A DNA stretch of 29,482 bases from a virus: positions 1 to 29,482 of the IMG/VR virus record IMGVR_UViG_3300000116_000126. One strand, given 5' to 3'. The position numbers and the translations under genes were made by a program. The notes beneath the pieces were generated by a model, which was not told the origin of the DNA, made no database searches, and was given only the letters and a program-made list of their open reading frames with translations. Shown piece by piece: positions 16,905 through 24,171 of the stretch; the first letter of the stretch is position 1, and every line of letters starts with the position of its first letter.

Positions 16905-17104
16905 TACCTTGTAGTTTTGTGGTTATCATCATCGTTTAAAATCTTGTAAATGTCAGGCTCTATCTCTTTTATCTTTCGATAGATTGCCCTCACATCTTTC
17001 ATCACCTCTTGTCTAGTAGTCTTAGGTATGTCCGTTCCTGTAACTGTTGTTACTAAGGATTGTGCATCTGCTAGTAGTTTATGCGTTATTTTCTTCATAA
17101 TCAA
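16904..17104 (-). CDS. Hypothetical protein (66 aa)
   Basis: ORF in the operon, with a TAATG junction at 16904. Confidence 0.4.
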   Translation of the reverse strand: MIMKKITHKLLADAQSLVTTVTGTDIPKTTRQEVMKDVRAIYRKIKEIEPDIYKILNDDDNHKTTR

Positions 17105-17435
17105 AAAAATCTTTAATGTTATAACCTTTACTCATTAATTCTAATGCGTACATATCTAACTGTTTGTCTGTTCCTTTAAATACAATACCATTAACGCTTA
17201 TGTTATCTACATAGCTACGACCTGTGAACAAATCACCTTTAGCAACCCCACCAAAGAGATTGCCTTTAAATGTTATCAATGTCTTTTTAACTATTGTATC
17301 ATCTGCTGGTGGTATGGTTTTTATAATAAACCTTTTATTAGCGTAGTCTAAAGAGCCATACTCGTTTCTAGCACACTCATAGTCAATGCCTTTGTTAACA
17401 CCATCTTGTGTGTAATATGGGAATGTCTCGTACAT
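17079..17435 (-). CDS. Hypothetical protein (118 aa)
   Basis: ORF in the operon. No motif recognised. Confidence 0.45.
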   Translation of the reverse strand: MYETFPYYTQDGVNKGIDYECARNEYGSLDYANKRFIIKTIPPADDTIVKKTLITFKGNLFGGVAKGDLFTGRSYVDNISVNGIVFKGTDKQLDMYALELMSKGYNIKDFFDYEENNA

Positions 17436-17438
17436 ATC

Positions 17439-17771
17439 TTAAAAGGGATTATCTTCGCCAAAAGCATTATCAAAACTCTCTAAGGCTTCTGTATTAGACT
17501 TCTTGAACTTCCAAGCATCAGCAGATGTGTAATAGTTTCCCTTATACTCTCTTGATGATAGATTGAACAATACAGTAAACTCATCGCCTATTGCCACATC
17601 TTTTAGTAGTGCTACTTTTTCTTCACCGAATAGATTGAAGCATAACTCTGAATTGTATTGATTACCTGTGTCAATTACAAACGATTGCTTTACCCATTGC
17701 TTACCAGCTTTGCTAGTTCCACTTTGTAAGTCTAATACTTTGACTAACTTACCTTTCATTTCTAAATTCAT
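17439..17771 (-). CDS. DUF3127 OB-fold, SSB-like protein
   Basis: 110 aa. KGKLVKVLDLQSGTSKAGKQWVKQSFVIDT...FNLFGEEKVALLKDVAIGDEFTVLFNLSSREYKGNYYTSADAWKF closely follows the DUF3127 pattern I know from Bacteroidota. Confidence 0.75.
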   Translation of the reverse strand: MNLEMKGKLVKVLDLQSGTSKAGKQWVKQSFVIDTGNQYNSELCFNLFGEEKVALLKDVAIGDEFTVLFNLSSREYKGNYYTSADAWKFKKSNTEALESFDNAFGEDNPF

Positions 17772-17794
17772 AATGTTTAATTTAATTGGTTAAT

Positions 17795-18184
17795 TTATCT
17801 TTTAAATTTTTCACTATCATCTTCGCCAAACACACCTAATGCGTATAGTCCAGCTAACTTTAAGACTGCTCTACTCATTGCTCTTTTCTCTGCCATCTCC
17901 ATAACATACCAAGAGTTAGTATTACCATCTTTGTAATTGGCAGCCTTTAAGGCACTTCCAAAGGTTTCTATGGCACTTTCTTCGTGCAAGTTAGCACTAG
18001 CCTTAACTACTGCAAAATTAGGCTCACATCGTATAACCTCGTAAGAGATGTATATACTTAGGTTTGCTTGTATCTTGTCTATGCCACTACGAGTAATGAT
18101 AGTGTAGTGTTGGTGCTTAAATAAATCATCAGAAGTTAATCCGTTCTCTTTAAACACTCTGTTTAATGTTTCTTGCTTTGTCAT
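17795..18184 (-). CDS. Possible Rad52/Sak-like single-strand annealing protein (weak)
   Basis: MEMAEKRAMSRAVLKLAGLYALGVFGEDD resembles the A.K.A..DA.KRA...G.G tail of Rad52-type annealases, and the gene sits next to the SSB-like gene. I chose the ATG at 18182..18184 over the TTG at 18196. Confidence 0.3.
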   Translation of the reverse strand: MTKQETLNRVFKENGLTSDDLFKHQHYTIITRSGIDKIQANLSIYISYEVIRCEPNFAVVKASANLHEESAIETFGSALKAANYKDGNTNSWYVMEMAEKRAMSRAVLKLAGLYALGVFGEDDSEKFKR

Positions 18185-18185
18185 A

Positions 18186-18287
18186 TTAATATGCAACTAG
18201 ATTAATAATTCCTAATATGTCTAGCACTATGAATAGGGTTGCTAGACTTAACCCTAATACGATTGTAATTTTAGTATCTCTTTTCAT
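18186..18287 (-). CDS. Small single-TM ORF (33 aa)
   Basis: Hand-translated as MKRDTKITIVLGLSLATLFIVLDILGIINLVAY. It exactly fills the gap between two neighbouring genes. Confidence 0.35.
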   Translation of the reverse strand: MKRDTKITIVLGLSLATLFIVLDILGIINLVAY

Positions 18288-18288
18288 A

Positions 18289-18546
18289 TTAAAGATTGTT
18301 ATAAATGTTTACTAAGTCTTTTGCAAGTCCTAATGATAGCTTATAGGCTTCTATTTGACCTTGATACCATTCTACAAGAGTTTCGTTTTCCATCTCTTTG
18401 TACTCTACTTGTTTTTCTTCTGCTCTTAGTAGTTCATCTTCTAGTATCGCAACTCTGCAATTAGCGTGGTAAGTTACATCGCCTAGTTTGACTTTTTTTA
18501 CTTGTACTCTACAAGTGTCGTTATAAATTTCTGAATATTTGTGCAT
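18289..18546 (-). CDS. Hypothetical early protein (85 aa)
   Basis: ORF near the start of the early operon. No motif recognised. Confidence 0.45.
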   Translation of the reverse strand: MHKYSEIYNDTCRVQVKKVKLGDVTYHANCRVAILEDELLRAEEKQVEYKEMENETLVEWYQGQIEAYKLSLGLAKDLVNIYNNL

Positions 18547-18617
18547 AAGATAATTGTTTAGTTATACCACCAAAGCCCCCTATTTATTTCAGTAGGAGGT
18601 GGTGAAGTTAGTTACTT

Positions 18618-18764
18618 TTATATAATTTGTAAATCAGTTACTTTTTTATTATTTTCTTTACAAGACTGTAATAACAGTATAGCGTTTGGCATTACTAAAC
18701 TTTCGTGTGTTCCAGCTTTTCTCAATAAGTTACATAAGTAGTCAATTTTTTGTTCTGTTGTCAT
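18618..18764 (-). CDS. Small ORF (48 aa), first gene after the early promoter
   Basis: Hand-translated as MTTEQKIDYLCNLLRKAGTHESLVMPNAILLLQSCKENNKKVTDLQII. Its ATG lies 35 nt downstream of the promoter -7 box. Confidence 0.35.
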   Translation of the reverse strand: MTTEQKIDYLCNLLRKAGTHESLVMPNAILLLQSCKENNKKVTDLQII

Positions 18765-18799
18765 TGTTAAATGTTTAAATTAATAATTGTTTTGTTTGG

Positions 18800-18832
18800 C
18801 AAATATAAACACTTTTTTTAAATATAAACAAA
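18800..18832 (-). promoter_or_regulatory. Bacteroidota-type sigma-A promoter candidate (TTTG-N21-TATATTTG)
   Basis: On the minus strand, TTTG lies at 18832..18829 and TATATTTG at 18807..18800. This matches the published -33 TTTG / -7 TAnnTTTG consensus. Confidence 0.5.
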
Positions 18833-18840
18833 TTTTTGTA

Positions 18841-18960
18841 AAAATATTTATATAAATATATATATACTAGATAGTATTATATATATAAACTATAATATAT
18901 ATATAGAGTATATTCTTGTTAGTGTTACTTCGTTGTTACGCTTTAAGTGTAAGTAACTGA
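18841..18960 (-). promoter_or_regulatory. TA-rich control region R2, with a conserved 34-nt box at 18911..18944
   Basis: Second copy of the box (tattcttgttagtgttacttcgttgttacgcttt), again flanked by a (TA)n-rich tract and placed just after the stop of the preceding gene. Confidence 0.55.
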
Positions 18961-19680
18961 CTATAAGGGCATTAGGATATTTATAGGAAGTGTGCCATTT
19001 TCTTTGACTACCATACACCCTATTGCTGGTTTCTTTCCAGCTTTAGCGTATGCCATAGCGTAGCTTTCGTGGTCGATACCACAACCTACTTGACTGCCAA
19101 AGATACGGTACTTCTGACCTACATAGTGTTCGGTGTAGCATTGTGTGTGTAGGTGTCCTTGTATTGTATTCATCATATCGGCTCTGCATTTAGTTCTTGC
19201 AGTACCAGCTTCTCCGTGTATGTATTGCACATCATCTTTCACATAGCGTTCTACAAAATCCCAATTAGGAGTTTCTAAGACATCTTTGTAGCTTTTAATC
19301 CACTTACTAGGGATTGCACTAGTTTGTGCCTTACGCATTATTATTCTGTCGTGATTGCCTATTAATACAGTTGCATACTCAAAGGCTTTGTACCACTTTG
19401 CTATTTTGCTAATAGCTAGGTCAAGTTCATCACCACCACCCATACCATCAGCAGATGTTTCGTGATAGCTTGAGTAGTGGTTATCTATAACATCACCAAT
19501 AAATACAACCTCGTTGCAGTTGTGTGTATGGTATTGCTCTAGGCAAAATTCTAAATAACCATCAAGGCAAAATGGTTCGTGTATATCGCCTATGACTAAT
19601 ACGTTGTTAGTCTTGTGTTTGCGATAGTTTTGTAGTAGTTGTTCTTCATCAGGTTTTAATCGGTAACGATTGTTAGGCAT
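18961..19680 (-). CDS. Calcineurin-like metallophosphoesterase
   Basis: Motifs VIGDIHEP, GDVIDNH, GNHD and GHLH occur in the canonical order. I chose the ATG at 19678..19680 (MPNNRY), which overlaps the upstream stop by 8 nt, rather than the track start at 19722. Confidence 0.75.
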   Translation of the reverse strand: MPNNRYRLKPDEEQLLQNYRKHKTNNVLVIGDIHEPFCLDGYLEFCLEQYHTHNCNEVVFIGDVIDNHYSSYHETSADGMGGGDELDLAISKIAKWYKAFEYATVLIGNHDRIIMRKAQTSAIPSKWIKSYKDVLETPNWDFVERYVKDDVQYIHGEAGTARTKCRADMMNTIQGHLHTQCYTEHYVGQKYRIFGSQVGCGIDHESYAMAYAKAGKKPAIGCMVVKENGTLPINILMPL

Positions 19681-20080
19681 TGCGTTGGTTTTGGTTACTA
19701 CTGCCACCAAAGAAAAAGTCAATGATGGTATTTACTTTACTAGACATTGCACCGAATACTGTGCTAATAAATCCTATCTCATAGTCAGATAGTTGTATAT
19801 TATTTGTAACAAAATATCTAAATAAAACGTAAGATAGTCCAAAATATGCACAAGTAAATAATGTTGCAAGTATTTTTTGTATTAAAGCATCTGTACTATA
19901 CAACTCTCTAGCACTTTTTCTATCTTCTACCTCTTTACTAAATATCTCTCTTTCTTGTTCAAGCAGTAGCCTTTGCAGTTCTAGCTTTAAACGCTGCTTT
20001 TCTTCATCAGATGTATGTAACTCATCTACTATCTCTGATACTTGTGGTACTAAGTTCTTGAATAAATCTAATATAACCAT
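19673..20080 (-). CDS. Holin-like membrane protein (coiled-coil N-terminus plus TM segments)
   Basis: 135 aa. The charged helical N-terminus (EEKQRLKLELQRLLLEQEREIF) and the hydrophobic segments ILATLFTCAYFGLSYVLF and IGFISTVFGAM recall the 3TM GTA-type holin family. It lies immediately downstream of the endolysin. Confidence 0.45.
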   Translation of the reverse strand: MVILDLFKNLVPQVSEIVDELHTSDEEKQRLKLELQRLLLEQEREIFSKEVEDRKSARELYSTDALIQKILATLFTCAYFGLSYVLFRYFVTNNIQLSDYEIGFISTVFGAMSSKVNTIIDFFFGGSSNQNQRNA

Positions 20081-20439
20081 AGGGCATTGGGTTTATCGTG
20101 GTCTAAATCACTGTGTATGAACGACTTATGTATGCCAATTCGCCTAAAACCGACTTGTATAAGCGCAGTAAGTATCTTTACTCTATCGCCACTATTGTTA
20201 CAAGCAATATCAACTGCTAATCCTTTACAATGGCTAGAGCCTACTCTACCACCTACATCTAAATTGTGTTGTGGTGTTCTATATCCACTCGTTATAACAA
20301 AAGGCACGTTAGCTATCTCTCTTGCTTCATCTAATTTTTTTAAGAAGTCTATGCACATCTTACCACCATCGCTAGTAGGTAAGCCACTACCCTCTAATGT
20401 AGGGCAGTCAAATTCTTCGAAATCAAAATGTTTTAACAT
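20068..20439 (-). CDS. Endolysin, zinc D-Ala-D-Ala carboxypeptidase fold (Peptidase_M15-type)
   Basis: 123 aa. FEEFDC...ITSGYRTPQHNLDVGGRVGSSHCKGLAVDI...HSDLD carries the H/D/H zinc-ligand pattern. Confidence 0.8.
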   Translation of the reverse strand: MLKHFDFEEFDCPTLEGSGLPTSDGGKMCIDFLKKLDEAREIANVPFVITSGYRTPQHNLDVGGRVGSSHCKGLAVDIACNNSGDRVKILTALIQVGFRRIGIHKSFIHSDLDHDKPNALWLY

Positions 20440-20600
20440 TATTTTCTTTTACGATATGATATATACTTGTCAAGTGTATAGATGATAGATACGCATAACA
20501 GAACGATTTGCAGTACTTGCTCAACCTCTGTAAAACTAATCATTAGCGTTACGCTATTTAATCCTAGTACATCTGCGTTTTGACTTATCAGACTTTTCAT
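20439..20600 (-). CDS. Small TM protein (53 aa), candidate holin or antiholin
   Basis: Hand-translated as MKSLISQNADVLGLNSVTLMISFTEVEQVLQIVLLCVSIIYTLDKYISYRKRK. TAATG overlap with the endolysin start. Confidence 0.4.
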   Translation of the reverse strand: MKSLISQNADVLGLNSVTLMISFTEVEQVLQIVLLCVSIIYTLDKYISYRKRK

Positions 20601-20653
20601 TATCTTTCTTTGTTAAATAGCTTTTTAGCTTTGTTATATTTTCTTCTTTAATC

Positions 20654-21214
20654 TTATATATCGAAACTCGCATCTAAGAAACTTCTAAGTGTTATTCTAT
20701 TACTTTGCTCGTGTCTATCCAATACTATACCACTAAAGTAAGTATCTTTTGTAGGTGCTAAATCCCCATTACTGTTTGTAGTATATTCAGGGAACAAATG
20801 GTTATTGTTACATAGATAATCTACTAACCTTGTTGCGTAGTATTCAGCAGTATTCTTTACTATCTCTCGCATATACTTAATATCTTCAAGTGAAGCTGGT
20901 GTAGATGTTTCTGAAATTTTACGCACTATATCCTTATTCATTATCTTGTATGATAAAAAAGGTAAACACTCATACAAAGCGTAGTGGATTAGTACAGGCT
21001 GAATGTAGTCATCGGTAAATGTTTTGTAACTACCTGTAAGTGTATCAGCAGTTATATCTGCTTGTATCTTGTCGTACAAGTCAGTACCTAACAACTGATG
21101 TATATGAATATCTTGTGCTACCTTAATGTATGGTAACAATAACTCTACATCTACATTACCATTGATAGTAGTAGATTTCTTTATAGTGTCCTCACTTACA
21201 AATAATACTGCCAT
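20654..21214 (-). CDS. Head-tail connector or adaptor (gp6-like)
   Basis: 186 aa. LLLPYIKVAQDIHIHQLLGTDLYDKI...DDYIQPVLIHYALYECLPFLSYKI follows the pattern of gp6-type connectors (recollection only). Confidence 0.4.
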   Translation of the reverse strand: MAVLFVSEDTIKKSTTINGNVDVELLLPYIKVAQDIHIHQLLGTDLYDKIQADITADTLTGSYKTFTDDYIQPVLIHYALYECLPFLSYKIMNKDIVRKISETSTPASLEDIKYMREIVKNTAEYYATRLVDYLCNNNHLFPEYTTNSNGDLAPTKDTYFSGIVLDRHEQSNRITLRSFLDASFDI

Positions 21215-21215
21215 T

Positions 21216-21602
21216 TTATCCCTTTATCTGTTTATTTAACTTATCGATTTCACTCAAAACTGCATTAATACTATCGTCTAGTTCTCTGTACTCTTGGTTC
21301 ATTTTATAGTCTAAACCTAAGTCTTTTGCTTTTTGTTCAAATTCGTTATATACTGCATACGCTTTATCTAACATTCTACCAGCATCATTTTCCAATCTTT
21401 TAGCATCGTTTATTTGGTCATCAAGTTTCTTTCTATTGACCATTAAGTCTATTTGTGTTTCATACAAATTTGCATATAGACCAACTAACTTATCAGACTG
21501 TGTTCGCATTTCTTTTAAACTACCTAACTCTACCTTATGCGTGTCTAGTTCTATACCATTGAATAGTTTACCTAGTGCTATGTTTAATTCTTTATTGTTC
21601 AT
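21216..21602 (-). CDS. Small helical protein, paralogue C
   Basis: 128 aa. Shares HKVELGSLKE and QKAKDLGLDYK with the paralogues at 21604..21960, at 26173..26592 and across the window junction. Confidence 0.6.
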   Translation of the reverse strand: MNNKELNIALGKLFNGIELDTHKVELGSLKEMRTQSDKLVGLYANLYETQIDLMVNRKKLDDQINDAKRLENDAGRMLDKAYAVYNEFEQKAKDLGLDYKMNQEYRELDDSINAVLSEIDKLNKQIKG

Positions 21603-21603
21603 T

Positions 21604-21960
21604 TTAGCTTTTATATATAAAGTTATAATATCTTACATAATCATCAAATGCTTTAAGCATACTATCTGTACCAGCTTCTATACCACCTACATCGACTTTT
21701 ACACCTAATTCTTTAGCTTGGTCTTTTAGTTTTTTTATGTCTTTTAATATTTGTTTAGATAATTCACTACCTTGTACGCTATCTTGCACACCTTTATTTG
21801 CAGTATTTTTCAAAGGCACAACGTGGCTTTCTGTATTATCCATTATTTTGTTTAATCTTTTGTAGTCTGCTTCTATATCATTTAATAAAGATAACTCTAC
21901 CTTTTCAGACTTTAGGTTAAGTCTGTTTTGTTCTTCACTTAAATTCTTAAAGTAATTCAT
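21604..21960 (-). CDS. Small helical protein, paralogue D
   Basis: 118 aa. Contains SEKVELSLLND and DQAKELGVKVD. In tandem with paralogue C, directly after the portal gene. Confidence 0.6.
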   Translation of the reverse strand: MNYFKNLSEEQNRLNLKSEKVELSLLNDIEADYKRLNKIMDNTESHVVPLKNTANKGVQDSVQGSELSKQILKDIKKLKDQAKELGVKVDVGGIEAGTDSMLKAFDDYVRYYNFIYKS

Positions 21961-21961
21961 T

Positions 21962-23806
21962 TTAATATCCTTTTTTATTTACAAATCCATTTTTAGGCAT
22001 TCTCTTTGGTGCAACAGGTACTTCTTGCTCGTTAGTTTCAGGCTTAAAACCCATACTCCTAGCTTTAGTAGTTGTAACTATCTTATCTGCACTACTAGCC
22101 TTTTCACCAGCTTGTAGGTAAATCCTACGAAACCATTTATGGTGGCAGTTGCCCCCACCTTTAAATTTCCATATAGAATAGTTATCTGCGCCATTCAATC
22201 CCCAACCTTTGTTTACACCTCTACTACCCATTCTAATTATATCCTCTTTACGATATACCTTACCAGTAGACATCATCTTAGTACAGAACTCTCTCTGTTG
22301 TCCACTAGAACGAGTTAAGCCTTTATCTTCTGTATATACATAACGTACTCTAAACTTACTCTTGTGTTCTTGTTGGCTTTGCCCATCTTGCTCTGACTTA
22401 GCATTGGGTATTGCTCTACCTGTCGTTGCTAACTCTAATTTTTCTAAGTTGTACTCAAAGTCAAAATCTTCGTGTTCGCCCTCTGCATCATCTTCGTCTA
22501 TGAGTTGCCAATTCTCTAAGTCCTCATCTTCGCCAAACTCCATTATACATTTATCTAACTCTGTGTATTCAGCTAGGTTTTGTTCTTCGGCTACTGCTTG
22601 TTCGTTTTTCTCTAATGGCTCATATCCAAGTTCCTCTCTAATCTCATCTTGCGTAAGAACTTCTTTCAGCGTTTCAGCATCAAACATAGAATTTAAAGGC
22701 TGAACGTCTTTTATGCTCAATGGTATGGTAACACCATTTATTGCTAAAAGTTTCTTAAACGTCTTTAAAAGCTGATTTTGGAATGGTTTTACTACACTAT
22801 TCATATATAACTCATACGCTTGTAGTAATTCGTTACGACCACCTAACTGCCCCTCTGTCTTAACACCTAATAGCATAGGACTTGTTACCCTATGACCAAT
22901 CATAATGTTTTGTATCGTTAGTTCATTGAGTACTGTGTATTGCTTATCTGCATCAGATACTGCGATAGGTACTATTTCAGGCTTACTATTTGCATCATCA
23001 CTAAATGTCAATACAAACTTACCAGCGTTGTTAGCACCTGTGAATTTATTAGCTATCTGTCTTTCTATCTGTACTCGTTCCTCTCTTGTTGGTATCCCTG
23101 ATGCGAAATTAATAAAGTACGAGCCACTAAAACCATTAGTGATATTGTTTAAATGAAAGTCAGATGTAAGGTTATCTATCTGTATCCAATTCGTACTAGC
23201 TACATAGTCAGGAGTGTGGTACAATTCCATTGCTGGAGAGTATAAACCACTATATAATAATTGGCTACCCTCACTTCTATCCATCATATTAAATGGTGCT
23301 ATGTGCTTGGGTGCGTATTCTTTCTTTCTGTATTGTGTCCAATCAGAGCATAAGTAATAGCAAGGTACTTTACCATCTTGGTCAGGCACTCCTATTCTTA
23401 CTTGCTCAACAGGTATGTGGTGTAGTTCGGCTATCTTAGTCTTATCCTTAGACCATATTACATTAATAGCGTATGCACCTTGTAGTTTTAAATCAAAGGC
23501 TAACTTAACAAATAGTTCGTGTGCGCTTTCTTGTCCGTTTACTGCTGCTAGAAACTTCTTTAACTCTACATATTGTGCAAGGTCTTTACTATCCTCACAT
23601 ATAAAGTCCTCACCAGCTATCATAGCACTCGTAGCATTAACGATAGCAGCATTGGTAGCACTATTGTTATATAAATCTATTATATATTGTGGGTAGTTGT
23701 TTTTGTACTCACCATCGCCAAAGCCAATCCAATCAGCACCATTAACCTCAACACTTTTAGGTTGTACTTCGTTTGTTAGATTTATATTTATTAGTCTTTC
23801 TTTCAT
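21962..23806 (-). CDS. Portal protein with acidic linker and C-terminal Cys/His module
   Basis: 614 aa. The N-terminal ~400 aa look portal-like (GADWIGFGDGEYKNNYPQYIIDLYNNSATNAAIVNATSAMIAGEDF ... GHRVTSPMLLGV). Residues ~420-455 are an acidic linker. Residues ~460-614 contain REFCTKM...GGGNCHHKW. Confidence 0.65.
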   Translation of the reverse strand: MKERLININLTNEVQPKSVEVNGADWIGFGDGEYKNNYPQYIIDLYNNSATNAAIVNATSAMIAGEDFICEDSKDLAQYVELKKFLAAVNGQESAHELFVKLAFDLKLQGAYAINVIWSKDKTKIAELHHIPVEQVRIGVPDQDGKVPCYYLCSDWTQYRKKEYAPKHIAPFNMMDRSEGSQLLYSGLYSPAMELYHTPDYVASTNWIQIDNLTSDFHLNNITNGFSGSYFINFASGIPTREERVQIERQIANKFTGANNAGKFVLTFSDDANSKPEIVPIAVSDADKQYTVLNELTIQNIMIGHRVTSPMLLGVKTEGQLGGRNELLQAYELYMNSVVKPFQNQLLKTFKKLLAINGVTIPLSIKDVQPLNSMFDAETLKEVLTQDEIREELGYEPLEKNEQAVAEEQNLAEYTELDKCIMEFGEDEDLENWQLIDEDDAEGEHEDFDFEYNLEKLELATTGRAIPNAKSEQDGQSQQEHKSKFRVRYVYTEDKGLTRSSGQQREFCTKMMSTGKVYRKEDIIRMGSRGVNKGWGLNGADNYSIWKFKGGGNCHHKWFRRIYLQAGEKASSADKIVTTTKARSMGFKPETNEQEVPVAPKRMPKNGFVNKKGY

Positions 23807-24171
23807 TAGAATTTATATAAGTTATAGTCTAATCCCATAAATGAGTGTACTCCGTTACCATCTATGTTTACAGAGTATGTTTTCCAACCTCTAGGGTGGT
23901 CGTATTCTAGTACCTCTGCTTCTGCATCTTTAGGCTCTAGGTTTTTCCAAAGTACGTCTAAATGGTACTTGTCAGAAAGTATAGGTGCTTTTGTTTCTTC
24001 GTCTTCTTCGTTGTATTCTCCTTGCTCTAAGACGATATAACCAAGTTTAACGATACAATGACTGTGTGTTGGGTATGTGTTACCATCTTCATCAGTAGAT
24101 ACCCCTAAAGCGTTTATTTTGCTTTCTGCTTGTTCTAAGCTATCAAACTCGTATTTACCTATCTTCTTCAT
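23806..24171 (-). CDS. Hypothetical protein (121 aa)
   Basis: ORF coupled to neighbours at both ends (TAATG junctions at 24171 and 23806). Confidence 0.45.
   Translation of the reverse strand: MKKIGKYEFDSLEQAESKINALGVSTDEDGNTYPTHSHCIVKLGYIVLEQGEYNEEDEETKAPILSDKYHLDVLWKNLEPKDAEAEVLEYDHPRGWKTYSVNIDGNGVHSFMGLDYNLYKF

Noticed and set aside
18185-18196. TTG start (MHIN...) given by the track for ORF 17795..18196
   Set aside because: An ATG four codons downstream (18182..18184) avoids overlap with the upstream 33-codon ORF and is the more conventional start. The choice cannot be settled from sequence alone.
18566-18603. Imperfect hairpin (ACCACC...GGTGGT) considered as a terminator of the 48-codon ORF
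   Set aside because: It has asymmetric internal loops and no following U-tract on the coding strand. It is mentioned only as part of the control region.
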